Shown piece after piece: positions 1 through 8,837 of a stretch of DNA of 64,000 bases (the first letter of the stretch is position 1; each line of letters opens with the position of its first letter). The DNA is from Gammaproteobacteria bacterium. Its GTDB lineage: Bacteria; Pseudomonadota; Gammaproteobacteria; Ga0077536. The position numbers were made by a program, and so were the translations under genes. The DNA is taken from NCBI GenBank assembly GCA_038116745.1, contig JAYODW010000001.1, forward strand, positions 38,200 to 102,199, in the 5' to 3' direction. The notes under the pieces were generated by a model. The model had not been told where the DNA came from, ran no database searches, and saw nothing but the letters and a program-made list of their open reading frames with translations.

Positions 1-420
1 ATGGAAGTCGTCCCGCATATCGTCATCGGCCTGCATTACGGCCGTATTCTGGGCGAAGAGAACGCGCTGAAAATTATCTCCCGGCACTCCGTTCACGCTC
101 TGGTGCTCGTGGTCATCATGCCGATTTACGCGACCCCCGGGCAGTTCGAGACGCCATCCCCGGAAGCGGTTGCAGAGCAGTTCATCCGTGCTCGGACGCT
201 GTTGCCGGACAAAGAGGTATTGCTCGGGTGTGCGCGTCCGCCCGGGCTGCACAAGCGTGCGACAGATACCTATGCGGTGCTTGCCGGCCTTGATGGGATC
301 GCGTTCCCGGCGGACGGCGTCGTTGCGGCCGCTCAGGCCATCGGGCGGCCCTGTCATCAGGTACATGCCTGCTGTTCGCTCAAGCTGGCGCAGTCCGCCC
401 CGGCGCCGATTGCCGCCTGA
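1..420 (+). CDS. C-terminal fragment (window-truncated) of a radical-SAM LipS/LipA-like protein, probably the first lipoyl-synthase component of the sHdr-associated lipoate assembly set
   Basis: ORF is open at the window start. It contains HIVIGLHYG, resembling the IIVGxGET barrel motif of LipA/BioB-type radical SAM enzymes. It sits immediately upstream of the GGR-like, radical SAM and lipoate ligase genes. Confidence 0.4.
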   Translation: MEVVPHIVIGLHYGRILGEENALKIISRHSVHALVLVVIMPIYATPGQFETPSPEAVAEQFIRARTLLPDKEVLLGCARPPGLHKRATDTYAVLAGLDGIAFPADGVVAAAQAIGRPCHQVHACCSLKLAQSAPAPIAA

Positions 421-456
421 AAGCGGTCGATCCCACTCAGGCAGCCGGCTGACTTC

Positions 457-1524
457 GTGCGAGAGATAGATGTTGATATTGCGATAGTCGGCCTCGGCCC
501 GGCCGGGGCTGCTGCGGCTGCGGCAGCCGCCGCTGAGGGTGCGCGGGTGGTCGCGTTCGACCGCCGTCAAACGCCAGGCCTGCCGGTGCAGTGCGCCGAG
601 CTGGTGCCCGGTCTGATCGGCCAGGACGCGCATTGGTTTCATCACGCTCGGGTGCAGGGGGTGGAGGCGATGGCCACGCTGGTCGAAAGCGAACCGGCTG
701 ACCGTCTGGCCCCGTTTCCCGGACACATGATCGACCGCGCGCTTTTCGATCGGGAACAGGTGGAAAGGGCGCGGGAGGCGGGGGCTGAGTGCTATTTCGG
801 CTGTCCGGTCAGAAAAATCGATCCTGCAGGCCTGGTGATCACTGAAGACGGCCGCCCTTGGCGGGCGCGCGTGCTAATCGGGGCCGACGGACCACGCTCG
901 CCGGTCGGCCGTGCTGTCGGCAGACGGAATTCAGCGCTGGTTATGGCGCAACAGGTGACCCTCAAGGCGGCTGGGCCCAGTGCGACGACGGACATCTTTC
1001 TTTCGCATCGACTGGTTGGTGGCTATGGCTGGCTGTTCCCGCGGGGCAACGTGGCACATGTGGGGGTAGGTGTCGTGACCGCCGAGCGGCGCGGTATCAA
1101 GCAACATCTGGGCGAGCTGGTTGAGAGCCTGATGGCTGCGGAGCGGGTTCAGGGAGGCGTGCTGAGCCGGACCGGGGGATTTATTCCGGTGGGAGGCCCA
1201 CTGCAGGGTGCGTCGGTCCACGGGCATTGCCTCGTGCTGCTGGCAGGTGATGCTGCAGGTCTGGCTAATGCTGTCACCGGCGCGGGCATTCACGCGGCTC
1301 TCGTGTCCGGGCAGATGGCCGGGCAGACAGCGCGGTCGTGGCTCGATGGCGAGACCTGCGCGGCTGAGGAGTATGACGACGAACTCGATGACGTTTTCGG
1401 CGCGTCGCTGCGCCGTGCCGCCGCGCGTCGGGTGCAGCTCATGCAGGTATGGCGCGAGCGCAAGCCCGACCCTGCGGAGCTGCGGCGTGGTTGGATCGCC
1501 TATCCTGAGTACTGGGCAGCATAA
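457..1524 (+). CDS. FAD-dependent oxidoreductase, geranylgeranyl-reductase-like (GGR-like protein of the sHdr lipoate assembly cluster)
   Basis: GTG start. N-terminal Rossmann GxGxxG (IAIVGLGPAGAAAA). Typical GGR-family length (355 aa). Located within the lipoate assembly gene set. Confidence 0.75.
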   Translation: MREIDVDIAIVGLGPAGAAAAAAAAAEGARVVAFDRRQTPGLPVQCAELVPGLIGQDAHWFHHARVQGVEAMATLVESEPADRLAPFPGHMIDRALFDREQVERAREAGAECYFGCPVRKIDPAGLVITEDGRPWRARVLIGADGPRSPVGRAVGRRNSALVMAQQVTLKAAGPSATTDIFLSHRLVGGYGWLFPRGNVAHVGVGVVTAERRGIKQHLGELVESLMAAERVQGGVLSRTGGFIPVGGPLQGASVHGHCLVLLAGDAAGLANAVTGAGIHAALVSGQMAGQTARSWLDGETCAAEEYDDELDDVFGASLRRAAARRVQLMQVWRERKPDPAELRRGWIAYPEYWAA

Positions 1525-1555
1525 GCAAGGGTTAATCCCGACGGGGAGAAGGTTC

Positions 1556-2848
1556 ATGAGTTGCTTCGATAGAGAATCACGGCAGGCCGAGGGTCCGGCG
1601 GCCCTGTCGGCTAATCCTTTCGAGACCATGCTGCCGCGTGTCCCGGGACGTACGCCGGTAGAACGACGCAACGGCGCCAGCGTGAAATCCTCCGGCAGCC
1701 AGCCCGAGGGCGTCTATCTGCCGAATAACAACGTCATGACGCCGAACATGCGCTCGCCGGAGTACGTGCAGCTGTCAACTGCGGCGGCCATGACGCTGGG
1801 CATCATGCCGGGCCGGATGCATCGCTGCGCATGCACGCGCTGTCTCAATCTGCTGCTGACTTATCCGGAGGGCTGTCGGGCCAACTGCGCCTATTGCGGC
1901 CTGGCTCGCCATCGAGAAGCCGACCGTGACTACGCAGATCGGAATTTCATTCGCGTGGACTGGCCGGCGGTGCCTCTGCAGCAGATTATCGACATCGTCA
2001 GCAGGGACGGCGCCGCGAGCCCCTTCCATCGCATGTGTATTTCGATGATCACCCATCCGAACTCGGACGCGGATACGGTGACCGTGCTGGAGAACTGGAC
2101 GCGCCGGGTGAGCCCGGATGAGATTCCCGTCTCGATTCTGTCAAACCCGACCACGATGCGACGTGACGACGTGGTCCGACTGCATGAACTCGGTGCGGAT
2201 ATTTTTACCGTTGCCCTGGATGCTGCGACGCCCGCAATTTTCGAGCGCACCCGAGGTAAGGGCGTGCAGTCACCTCACCGCTGGGATCATTACTGGCAGA
2301 CGCTTGAATGGGCTCGTGAAATTTTCGGTCCACAGAAATTCGGCGCGCATATCATCGTCGGCATGGGCGAAACCGAGGCCGAGGTGCTCCATCTCATTCA
2401 GCGCATCGTTGATATGGGTGGTCACAGCCACATGTTTTCATTTTTTCCTGAACGCGGCTCGCTGATGGACCATTTGCCGGCAACGCCGCGGGATCAGTGG
2501 CGGCGCGTTCAACTGGCGCGCTATCTGATCGACTACCGTGATGTCCGCGTCGAGCACATGCGCTTCGACAGCCAGGGCTGCCTCCTCGATTTTGGTATTC
2601 CCGCCGCAGAGCTTGAGAGCATCATCGACCAGGGTATTGCGTTCCGCACGTCGGGCTGCCCGGGAAAATTCGCGGAAGATATTTCAGCCTGCGATCGGCC
2701 CTATGGCGATTCGCCGCCGAGCGATATTGCGAGCTATCCATTCGCGCCAGCCGCAGTCGACCTGCGCAAAATCCGCCACCAGCTCAAGCGACAGCGTGCC
2801 GGTGAAAGCTACGAGGAAGGCGAAGACATCGAGGCTTTCGCGCGCTGA
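1556..2848 (+). CDS. radical SAM protein, LipS/lipoyl-synthase-like (sHdr-associated RadSAM)
   Basis: CxxxCxxC motif (CRANCAYC) and AHIIVGMGETE barrel motif. ATG at 1556 follows the SD GGAGAAGG. The longer ORF from 1208 overlaps the GGR gene and was rejected. Confidence 0.8.
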   Translation: MSCFDRESRQAEGPAALSANPFETMLPRVPGRTPVERRNGASVKSSGSQPEGVYLPNNNVMTPNMRSPEYVQLSTAAAMTLGIMPGRMHRCACTRCLNLLLTYPEGCRANCAYCGLARHREADRDYADRNFIRVDWPAVPLQQIIDIVSRDGAASPFHRMCISMITHPNSDADTVTVLENWTRRVSPDEIPVSILSNPTTMRRDDVVRLHELGADIFTVALDAATPAIFERTRGKGVQSPHRWDHYWQTLEWAREIFGPQKFGAHIIVGMGETEAEVLHLIQRIVDMGGHSHMFSFFPERGSLMDHLPATPRDQWRRVQLARYLIDYRDVRVEHMRFDSQGCLLDFGIPAAELESIIDQGIAFRTSGCPGKFAEDISACDRPYGDSPPSDIASYPFAPAAVDLRKIRHQLKRQRAGESYEEGEDIEAFAR

Positions 2849-2857
2849 GGCATCAGC

Positions 2858-3925
2858 ATGCTTCGTGTCTTGGACACCGGCCTGCTGCCGGGGCGTCGCA
2901 ATATCGCTTTCGACCAGATGCTGATCGAGCAGCACCGCAAGGGTGCGACCCCGGACACTCTGCGCTTCCTGCGCTTTACGCCTACCGCGCTGATCGGGCG
3001 CCACCAGGATTTGCGGCACGAGCTCGACGAGGCTTATTGCGCGGCCAACGGCATTGAGCTTGGTCGCCGGGTGACGGGCGGCGGCGCTATCTTCCTCGAC
3101 GAAGGTCAGCTGGGCTGGGAGCTGGTATGCAGCCGCGAGCGACTTGGCCGCGGTCAGCTGGCCGAGATCGCGGCCCGAATCTGCCGCGCGGCGGCGGCAG
3201 GGCTGAGCCGCCTGGGTGTCGATGTGCGCTACCGGCCGCGCAACGACCTCGAAGTTGATGGGCGCAAGATCGGCGGGACCGGCGGGTTTTTCGACGGCGA
3301 TACGCTGTTCTATCAGGGTACTGTGCTCGGGACGATCGACCCCGACACCATGTTCAGCGCGCTACGGGTCCCGCACGCCAAGCGAGCGCGTGGCCGGCTG
3401 GCGCGCCCCGCTGAACGGGTGACCTCATTGGCTGAGCTGTTTCCCGCGGATTCACCCTCCTGGGACCGGGTGAAGACTTGCCTGCTGCAGGGCTTTGAGA
3501 GCGAACTGGCGTTTTCTTTCGAGCCCGGCGCTCTCCTGGCATGCGAAGCGTCCGCACTGGATGACGCGTTCGATGAAATTGGTAGCGATGAATTCGTTTA
3601 CGAGGTTTCTGGACTGCGCGAAGACAGCGGACAGCTGCATGCTGTCCGGGATACCCCGGGTGGCATCATTGAGGTCTACGCCAAGGTCTCGTCCGGCCGT
3701 TATCCGCTGATCGAAAGTCTGGTGGTTAGCGGCGACTTTTTCGTGACGCCGCCGCGTGTGATGCTCGATCTGGAAAGCGCGCTGCGCCACACCCCCGTAG
3801 CGGAGGTGGGCCACAACGCCGCGCGATTTTTTTCCGCCAGCCGCACCGATCTGCTGTCGGTTGCGCTGGATGATCTGCTCCAGACGATCATCGAAGCGGT
3901 GGACCAGCGCACGGACGGAAACTGA
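2858..3925 (+). CDS. lipoate-protein ligase, sLpl(AB)-type (LplA family)
   Basis: LplA/BPL-family catalytic domain followed by a C-terminal accessory domain. Translationally coupled to neighbouring genes in the lipoate/sHdr cluster. Confidence 0.8.
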   Translation: MLRVLDTGLLPGRRNIAFDQMLIEQHRKGATPDTLRFLRFTPTALIGRHQDLRHELDEAYCAANGIELGRRVTGGGAIFLDEGQLGWELVCSRERLGRGQLAEIAARICRAAAAGLSRLGVDVRYRPRNDLEVDGRKIGGTGGFFDGDTLFYQGTVLGTIDPDTMFSALRVPHAKRARGRLARPAERVTSLAELFPADSPSWDRVKTCLLQGFESELAFSFEPGALLACEASALDDAFDEIGSDEFVYEVSGLREDSGQLHAVRDTPGGIIEVYAKVSSGRYPLIESLVVSGDFFVTPPRVMLDLESALRHTPVAEVGHNAARFFSASRTDLLSVALDDLLQTIIEAVDQRTDGN

Positions 3926-4638
3926 TGGACTACCTGGCGCATCTGACGGTTATTCAGCACACCTCTGCGTCTTATCTGGGGCTGATTGAGGATCATCTGG
4001 AAGGACGCAAGATCCGTTTCACCTATCACCGTCCGTTCACAGAGCGTGGCGGGATCCCGACGGCTGCTTCGATCCGCGACGGATTGATTCTGCTGGGCGG
4101 CGGCCCGTGGGGCAGCGCCGGGCCGCGGGATGTACCTACCCTGGTACGTGAAGTTGAGTTGGTGCATCACTGTCTGACCGAGAAGATTCCCGTGCTGGGC
4201 TTCGAGCTTGGTGCGCAGATCCTGTGCCTGGCCGGCGGTGGACGCACACTCAGCAGTCCGCTCAGTTTCCGCGTCGGCAGTGCGGTCAGCACACAGGCGC
4301 AAGCGCTCGGTGGTTATCTGCCGCAGGAGTATGTGAACATCAGCTACGCGCGGGACACGTTTGAACTGCCGACTGCGGCCAGCGTGCTGGCGGTTGATGA
4401 CCATGGCGCCCCTGCGCTATTCCAGCTTGGCGCCAAAGCGCTCGGCTTTGCTGGTCACCCGGGGTTCAAGCCGGCCATCGCTGAAGATCTTCTGATGGAG
4501 TTTGAAGAAACACCGCCGGAGCCGCTTGCAGCCCTGGAAGACGCGCGCGGCAGGCGCATACAGCTTGAAAACGACCTGGTGCCGATCATGACCGGCATCG
4601 TTGGGATGATGGGATGGATGGATGCACTGGGGCGATGA
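3925..4638 (+). CDS. class-I glutamine amidotransferase-like protein lacking the nucleophile cysteine (G-F-E-L-G-x-Q instead of G-x-C-x-G-x-Q)
   Basis: GATase1-like motifs LILLGGGPWG and PVLGFELGAQIL. ATGA overlap with the lplA stop. Confidence 0.55.
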   Translation: MDYLAHLTVIQHTSASYLGLIEDHLEGRKIRFTYHRPFTERGGIPTAASIRDGLILLGGGPWGSAGPRDVPTLVREVELVHHCLTEKIPVLGFELGAQILCLAGGGRTLSSPLSFRVGSAVSTQAQALGGYLPQEYVNISYARDTFELPTAASVLAVDDHGAPALFQLGAKALGFAGHPGFKPAIAEDLLMEFEETPPEPLAALEDARGRRIQLENDLVPIMTGIVGMMGWMDALGR

Positions 4639-4656
4639 GCCCGACGGGAGGGGGAA

Positions 4657-5121
4657 ATGATCCATGGCATTAATCACGTAGCAATTTCAACGCCTGACAT
4701 TGAGCGTCTGAGTGCGTTCTACAAAGATCTGCTCGGATTCGAGGAAGTGTTTCGGCTTAACTGGGAGATTGGCGACAAAGCACTGGACAGCATTACCGGA
4801 CTTAAGGATTCCTCCGCCCGCATCGTGATGCTGAAGTGCGGAAATGCCTGTGTGGAGCTGTTTGAATACGAGACCCCACCGCCACGGGCTGGCGATCCGT
4901 CGCGTCCGGTGTGTGACCACGGGATTACGCACCTTTGTCTGCAGGTTACCGATATCCAGGCCGAGTACTCGCGTCTGCTTGAGGCCGGTATGCATTTCCA
5001 CTGTCCGCCGCAGCGTGTCGGGGGGAGCGTTTGTGCGACTTACGGGCGGGATCCAGACGGTAACGTGGTTGAGCTGCTCGAGGTCCCGGCAGACAGCGCC
5101 CTGGCCGTGGTGTCTGGATAA
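4657..5121 (+). CDS. VOC-family (glyoxalase/bleomycin-resistance/dioxygenase fold) protein
   Basis: N-terminal HVAISTPDIERLSAFYKDLLGF, typical of the VOC fold. SD GGGAGGGGGAA precedes the ATG. Confidence 0.7.
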   Translation: MIHGINHVAISTPDIERLSAFYKDLLGFEEVFRLNWEIGDKALDSITGLKDSSARIVMLKCGNACVELFEYETPPPRAGDPSRPVCDHGITHLCLQVTDIQAEYSRLLEAGMHFHCPPQRVGGSVCATYGRDPDGNVVELLEVPADSALAVVSG

Positions 5122-5163
5122 GGTGAAAGGCGGCCTGCGAGGAGAGTGGCTCTTTCAGTCTGA

Positions 5164-5225
5164 ATGTATATAACTTTTTATTCTATGTATATAACCTTGA
5201 ATTATATAGCTTGAACCGGGATACT
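5164..5225 (+). promoter_or_regulatory. AT-rich control region of the dsrE3-hdr operon: two identical 11-bp direct repeats ATGTATATAAC (5164-5174, 5185-5195; 21-bp phasing), a degenerate third copy (5200-5210), and a sigma-70-like promoter (-35 TTGAAT 5197-5202, 17 bp, -10 GATACT 5220-5225)
   Basis: Seen directly in sequence. It is a sharp AT island in an otherwise GC-rich window and sits just upstream of dsrE3. Confidence 0.4.
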
Positions 5226-5276
5226 CGACCGCCATTGGGCGACACGGACTATGACTTGAGGGGAAGCGCTTAGACC

Positions 5277-5654
5277 ATGGCAGAGAAACTCCTGATTGTG
5301 ATGGCGAACACCGACCCACGTAACGGGGAAGAGCTGGGAGCGCCTATTTTCCAGGCAACGGTCGCGGCGGCCATGGATTACGAAGTCGAGGTGATCTGCA
5401 CAGCGACCGCAGGACGCTTGATGAAAAAGGGCGAAGCCGAGAAGCTGGTCATCAAGGAAGGGTCGCCGAAATCGGTCATGGATTTCATTCGCGATGCGCA
5501 CGAAGCCGGGGTGAAGTTCTTTTGTTGTTCGCCCAACCTTGACCTGTTCGACATGCGCGAAGACGACCTGATCGAGGAATGTGAGGGTATCGTCGGCGGC
5601 GCCTATCTGATTGAAGCTGTCATGGATGACGACTACCGCGTACTGAGCTACTGA
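5277..5654 (+). CDS. dsrE3: DsrE/DsrF-family sulfurtransferase, DsrE3-like
   Basis: 125-aa DsrE-fold protein with a conserved Cys pair (FFCCSPN). First gene of the hdr operon, with SD GAGGGGAAG. Confidence 0.65.
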   Translation: MAEKLLIVMANTDPRNGEELGAPIFQATVAAAMDYEVEVICTATAGRLMKKGEAEKLVIKEGSPKSVMDFIRDAHEAGVKFFCCSPNLDLFDMREDDLIEECEGIVGGAYLIEAVMDDDYRVLSY

Positions 5655-5658
5655 CGTC

Positions 5659-6417
5659 ATGGCTCACTCCCAGGCAAGCCGGGTGCAGGCGGTTATCGGA
5701 GACCCTCTTTCCGACGCCCCAGCGGTGCCTCAGGCCAAGCTCGAGTCGATTTTTCAGGACATTCAGGCGGACCTGCGTTTCGACCACCAGCTCAATGGCT
5801 GCCTGAACTGCGGGATCTGCACAGCCACCTGTCCCGCTGCGCACTACTACGACTTCAGTCCGCGCGAGATCGTGCAGCTGCTGTGGACAGAAAATCTCGA
5901 TGGCATTTACGACGCCATGCAGGAAAAGATCTGGGCCTGCGCTCAGTGCTATACCTGCGCTGCACGATGCCCTTTCGGTAATTCGCCGGGCGGTCTGGTG
6001 ATGCTGATGCGCGAGGCGGCGATCAAACACGGCATGGAGTCCGCGAAGAACGTGCTGCGCCCCTTCAGTCGCGTGATGCTCAAACTGATCTCGACTGGCA
6101 ACCAGCTCGCGCCCAATATGATTACCCCGGATCACTTTGCAGACTGGGGACCTAATATTTCCAAGGTTGATGCGCCGCTCAAGCAGCTGCGCAAAGCCAT
6201 CCCGATGCCCACTCTGAATACCACCGAGACGGCATGGGAAGTGAATCTGAAGACTTCGGTCGAGCTCTACACGATCTGGGAGATGACCGGGGTGCTGGAC
6301 CAGCTGGAGGGGATCGACGAGAACCTGTTCGATGTGATCTCCGACATCATGGATGAGAAACGCGAAGATCTGGATGACTGGCTGGACGAGCAGGAAGACG
6401 AAGACGACGACGATTGA
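5659..6417 (+). CDS. hdrC: sHdrC1, heterodisulfide reductase subunit C-like (2x[4Fe-4S] ferredoxin domain) with a poly-acidic C-terminal tail
   Basis: CxxCxxCxxxCP motifs (CGICTATCP, CAQCYTCAARCP). Tail DEKREDLDDWLDEQEDEDDDD. Confidence 0.8.
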   Translation: MAHSQASRVQAVIGDPLSDAPAVPQAKLESIFQDIQADLRFDHQLNGCLNCGICTATCPAAHYYDFSPREIVQLLWTENLDGIYDAMQEKIWACAQCYTCAARCPFGNSPGGLVMLMREAAIKHGMESAKNVLRPFSRVMLKLISTGNQLAPNMITPDHFADWGPNISKVDAPLKQLRKAIPMPTLNTTETAWEVNLKTSVELYTIWEMTGVLDQLEGIDENLFDVISDIMDEKREDLDDWLDEQEDEDDDD

Positions 6418-6441
6418 GAGCCAAGGCTCGAGGAGGATGCT

Positions 6442-7803
6442 GTGACCGATCAACACCGACCGCCGGAAGCAGAGCGCTTCACTGGACATGGCCACGAATG
6501 GCGCGACAGCGACCTGAGCGGGGACGAAGCGCGGGTCGCCACGGAATGGGTCGAACGCCGTGTCGACCGGCGCTCAATGCTCACCGACAAGGATAGGGTT
6601 GAGGATGTCCGCGATGCGCTATGGGAGCTTGAGCGCGACGGCGAGATCGTGGTGCAGCGGGTAGAGGAGCAGCACGAAGCCATCTCCGTTAAAACTCTCT
6701 ATGGATGGGAAAAGCGCATTCCGACGCAGCAGCTGTGGCATCACAAATCCTGCGGTCAGTGCGGCAACATACCGGGCTATCCGGCGTCGCTACTGTGGCT
6801 GATGAATGAACTCGGCGTGCGGTATCTCGACGAAACAGATCAGACCTCATGCACGGCCTGGAACTACCACGGGTCCGGCATCGGCAACATCGAAAGCCTG
6901 GCCGCCGTGTTTTTGCGGAATTTTCATCAGGCGTATGTATCTGCGCAGGCTGAGGGTAAACCGGCGGGCTACTACTATCCGCTGGTGCACTGCGGTACCT
7001 CGTTCGGTAACTACAAGGAGGTGCGCGAGTTCCTGGTGCACTCCGCTGAACTGCGCGAGAGGGTCAAGAAAATTCTCGGCAAGCTCGGGCGCCTGGTCGA
7101 TGGCAAGCTGCTCATACCGGAAGAAATCGTTCACTATTCCGAGTGGCTGCACGTCATGCGCGAACGGGTGGCAGAGCGCCAGGTGATAGACGCGTCTGCT
7201 GTGCGCGCCACGATTCATCCCGCCTGTCACGTGTACAAAATGATCCCGCAGGACGCGATCTACGACGACTCCATCCTTGACGGCAACCGGGTGGCGGTCT
7301 CCACAGGCATCATGCAGGCGCTCGGTACGCAGGTGATCGACTACTCGACCTGGTACGACTGCTGCGGATTCGGATTCCGCCACATCATCTCCGAGCGCGA
7401 GTTCACCCGCTCGTTTGCCATCGATCGCAAGATCCGGGTGGCGGTGGAAGAGGCCCGCGCTGACGTCATGATCGGCCATGACACCGGCTGTATCACCACA
7501 CTGGACAAGAACCAGTGGATTGGTAAGGCAGTTGGTAAAGACTACTCCCTGCCGGTTCTCGCCGACGTACAGTTCGCAGCCCTGGTGTGCGGCGCGCATC
7601 CGTTCAAAATAGTGCAATCGCATTGGCACGCCTCGGCCGTGGAAAGCCTGATGGAGAAGCTCGGGATTGACTGGGAGCGGGCTAAGAGTGAGTTCGAGGC
7701 CTATCTAGAGGACATCAAAGGTGGCCAGGGCGACAATCTCTACGATCCGCGCCGCATGATCACTTCGGGCCCCGGTTACAAGCGTCTGGTGGAATCAGCA
7801 TGA
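6442..7803 (+). CDS. hdrB: sHdrB1, heterodisulfide reductase subunit B-like (two CCG domains)
   Basis: Cys-rich CCG signatures (CTAWNYHGSG, WYDCCGFGFRH, TGCITT). GTG start after the SD GAGGAGGA. Confidence 0.85.
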   Translation: MTDQHRPPEAERFTGHGHEWRDSDLSGDEARVATEWVERRVDRRSMLTDKDRVEDVRDALWELERDGEIVVQRVEEQHEAISVKTLYGWEKRIPTQQLWHHKSCGQCGNIPGYPASLLWLMNELGVRYLDETDQTSCTAWNYHGSGIGNIESLAAVFLRNFHQAYVSAQAEGKPAGYYYPLVHCGTSFGNYKEVREFLVHSAELRERVKKILGKLGRLVDGKLLIPEEIVHYSEWLHVMRERVAERQVIDASAVRATIHPACHVYKMIPQDAIYDDSILDGNRVAVSTGIMQALGTQVIDYSTWYDCCGFGFRHIISEREFTRSFAIDRKIRVAVEEARADVMIGHDTGCITTLDKNQWIGKAVGKDYSLPVLADVQFAALVCGAHPFKIVQSHWHASAVESLMEKLGIDWERAKSEFEAYLEDIKGGQGDNLYDPRRMITSGPGYKRLVESA

Positions 7804-8837
7804 GCGGTCCGACGCTGATCGTCGGCGGTGGACCTGCAGGCCTTGCTGCAGCCCACGGTCTGGCTGCCATGGGGCAGCGCTGTGTGCTGGTGGAGAAAGA
7901 AGACCGTCTTGGAGGCGCGCCGATCCTTTCGGGCTACGCCAAGCTCGTGCCAAGCGGCCTGTGGGCCAAAGACGCGATCGGCGGCATGGTGCAGCGCGTT
8001 GTCGATAACGACCGTGTCGATGTGCATCTCGGCACGACCGTCACGGCTTTCGACGGTGAGCTCGGAGCGTTTCGCGCGACCTTGAGTGACGGCACATCCC
8101 TAGACACGTCAGCTGCGATTCTGTGCACCGGATTCACGCACTTCGATTCAGTGAACAAGCCTGAGTGGGGCTTTGGCACTTTCCCCGACGTGGTCACAAC
8201 GACTCAGGTCGAACAGATGATTTCGTCCGGCCAGGGTATTCGCTGTCCCTCTGACGGACGTAAGCCGGAACGCGTGGCGATCCTGCTCTGCGTCGGCTCC
8301 CGCGATCGACAGATCGGACGTGAATGGTGTTCAAAGATCTGCTGCACCGTGTCGGCCAACATGGCGATGGAGATCCGCGAGGAGCTGCCGGACTGTCATG
8401 TATACATTTACTACATGGATATCCGCACGTTCGGGCTCTACGAGACGAAGTACTACTGGAAAAGCCAGGAAGAGTTCAAAGTCAAATACATCAAGGCCCG
8501 TATCGCCGAGGTCACCTCGGACGGCAAACGGGTGATCGTCAAAGGCGAAGACACCCTGGTTAAAAGACCCATCACGATCCCGTTCGATATGGTGGTTCAC
8601 GCGATCGGTATGGATCCAAACGTGGATAACCGTAGCCTTTCGAGCGTGTTCGGCGTGGAACTGGAGAGCCACGGTTTCATCGACCGTGGTCCGTCCTACA
8701 GCCAGACCGCTGAGACATCCCGACCGGGCGTTTTTGTCGCGGGTGCAGCCACCGGACCGGAGACGATTGACGATTCGATCGCGCAGGGTAAGGCGGCGGC
8801 ACTGGCCAGCCTCTCTGTGTTGGAGGTTGCCGTTTGA
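7800..8837 (+). CDS. hdrA: sHdrA, FAD-dependent flavoprotein subunit (short HdrA type)
   Basis: GGGPAGLAAAHGLA dinucleotide-binding motif. 345 aa. ATGA overlap with hdrB1. Confidence 0.85.
   Translation: MSGPTLIVGGGPAGLAAAHGLAAMGQRCVLVEKEDRLGGAPILSGYAKLVPSGLWAKDAIGGMVQRVVDNDRVDVHLGTTVTAFDGELGAFRATLSDGTSLDTSAAILCTGFTHFDSVNKPEWGFGTFPDVVTTTQVEQMISSGQGIRCPSDGRKPERVAILLCVGSRDRQIGREWCSKICCTVSANMAMEIREELPDCHVYIYYMDIRTFGLYETKYYWKSQEEFKVKYIKARIAEVTSDGKRVIVKGEDTLVKRPITIPFDMVVHAIGMDPNVDNRSLSSVFGVELESHGFIDRGPSYSQTAETSRPGVFVAGAATGPETIDDSIAQGKAAALASLSVLEVAV

Noticed and set aside
1208-1555. N-terminal 116 codons of the long ORF 1208-2848
   Set aside because: This part fully overlaps the GGR-like gene in another frame and has no domain content. 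The radical SAM protein starts at ATG 1556, which has a strong SD.
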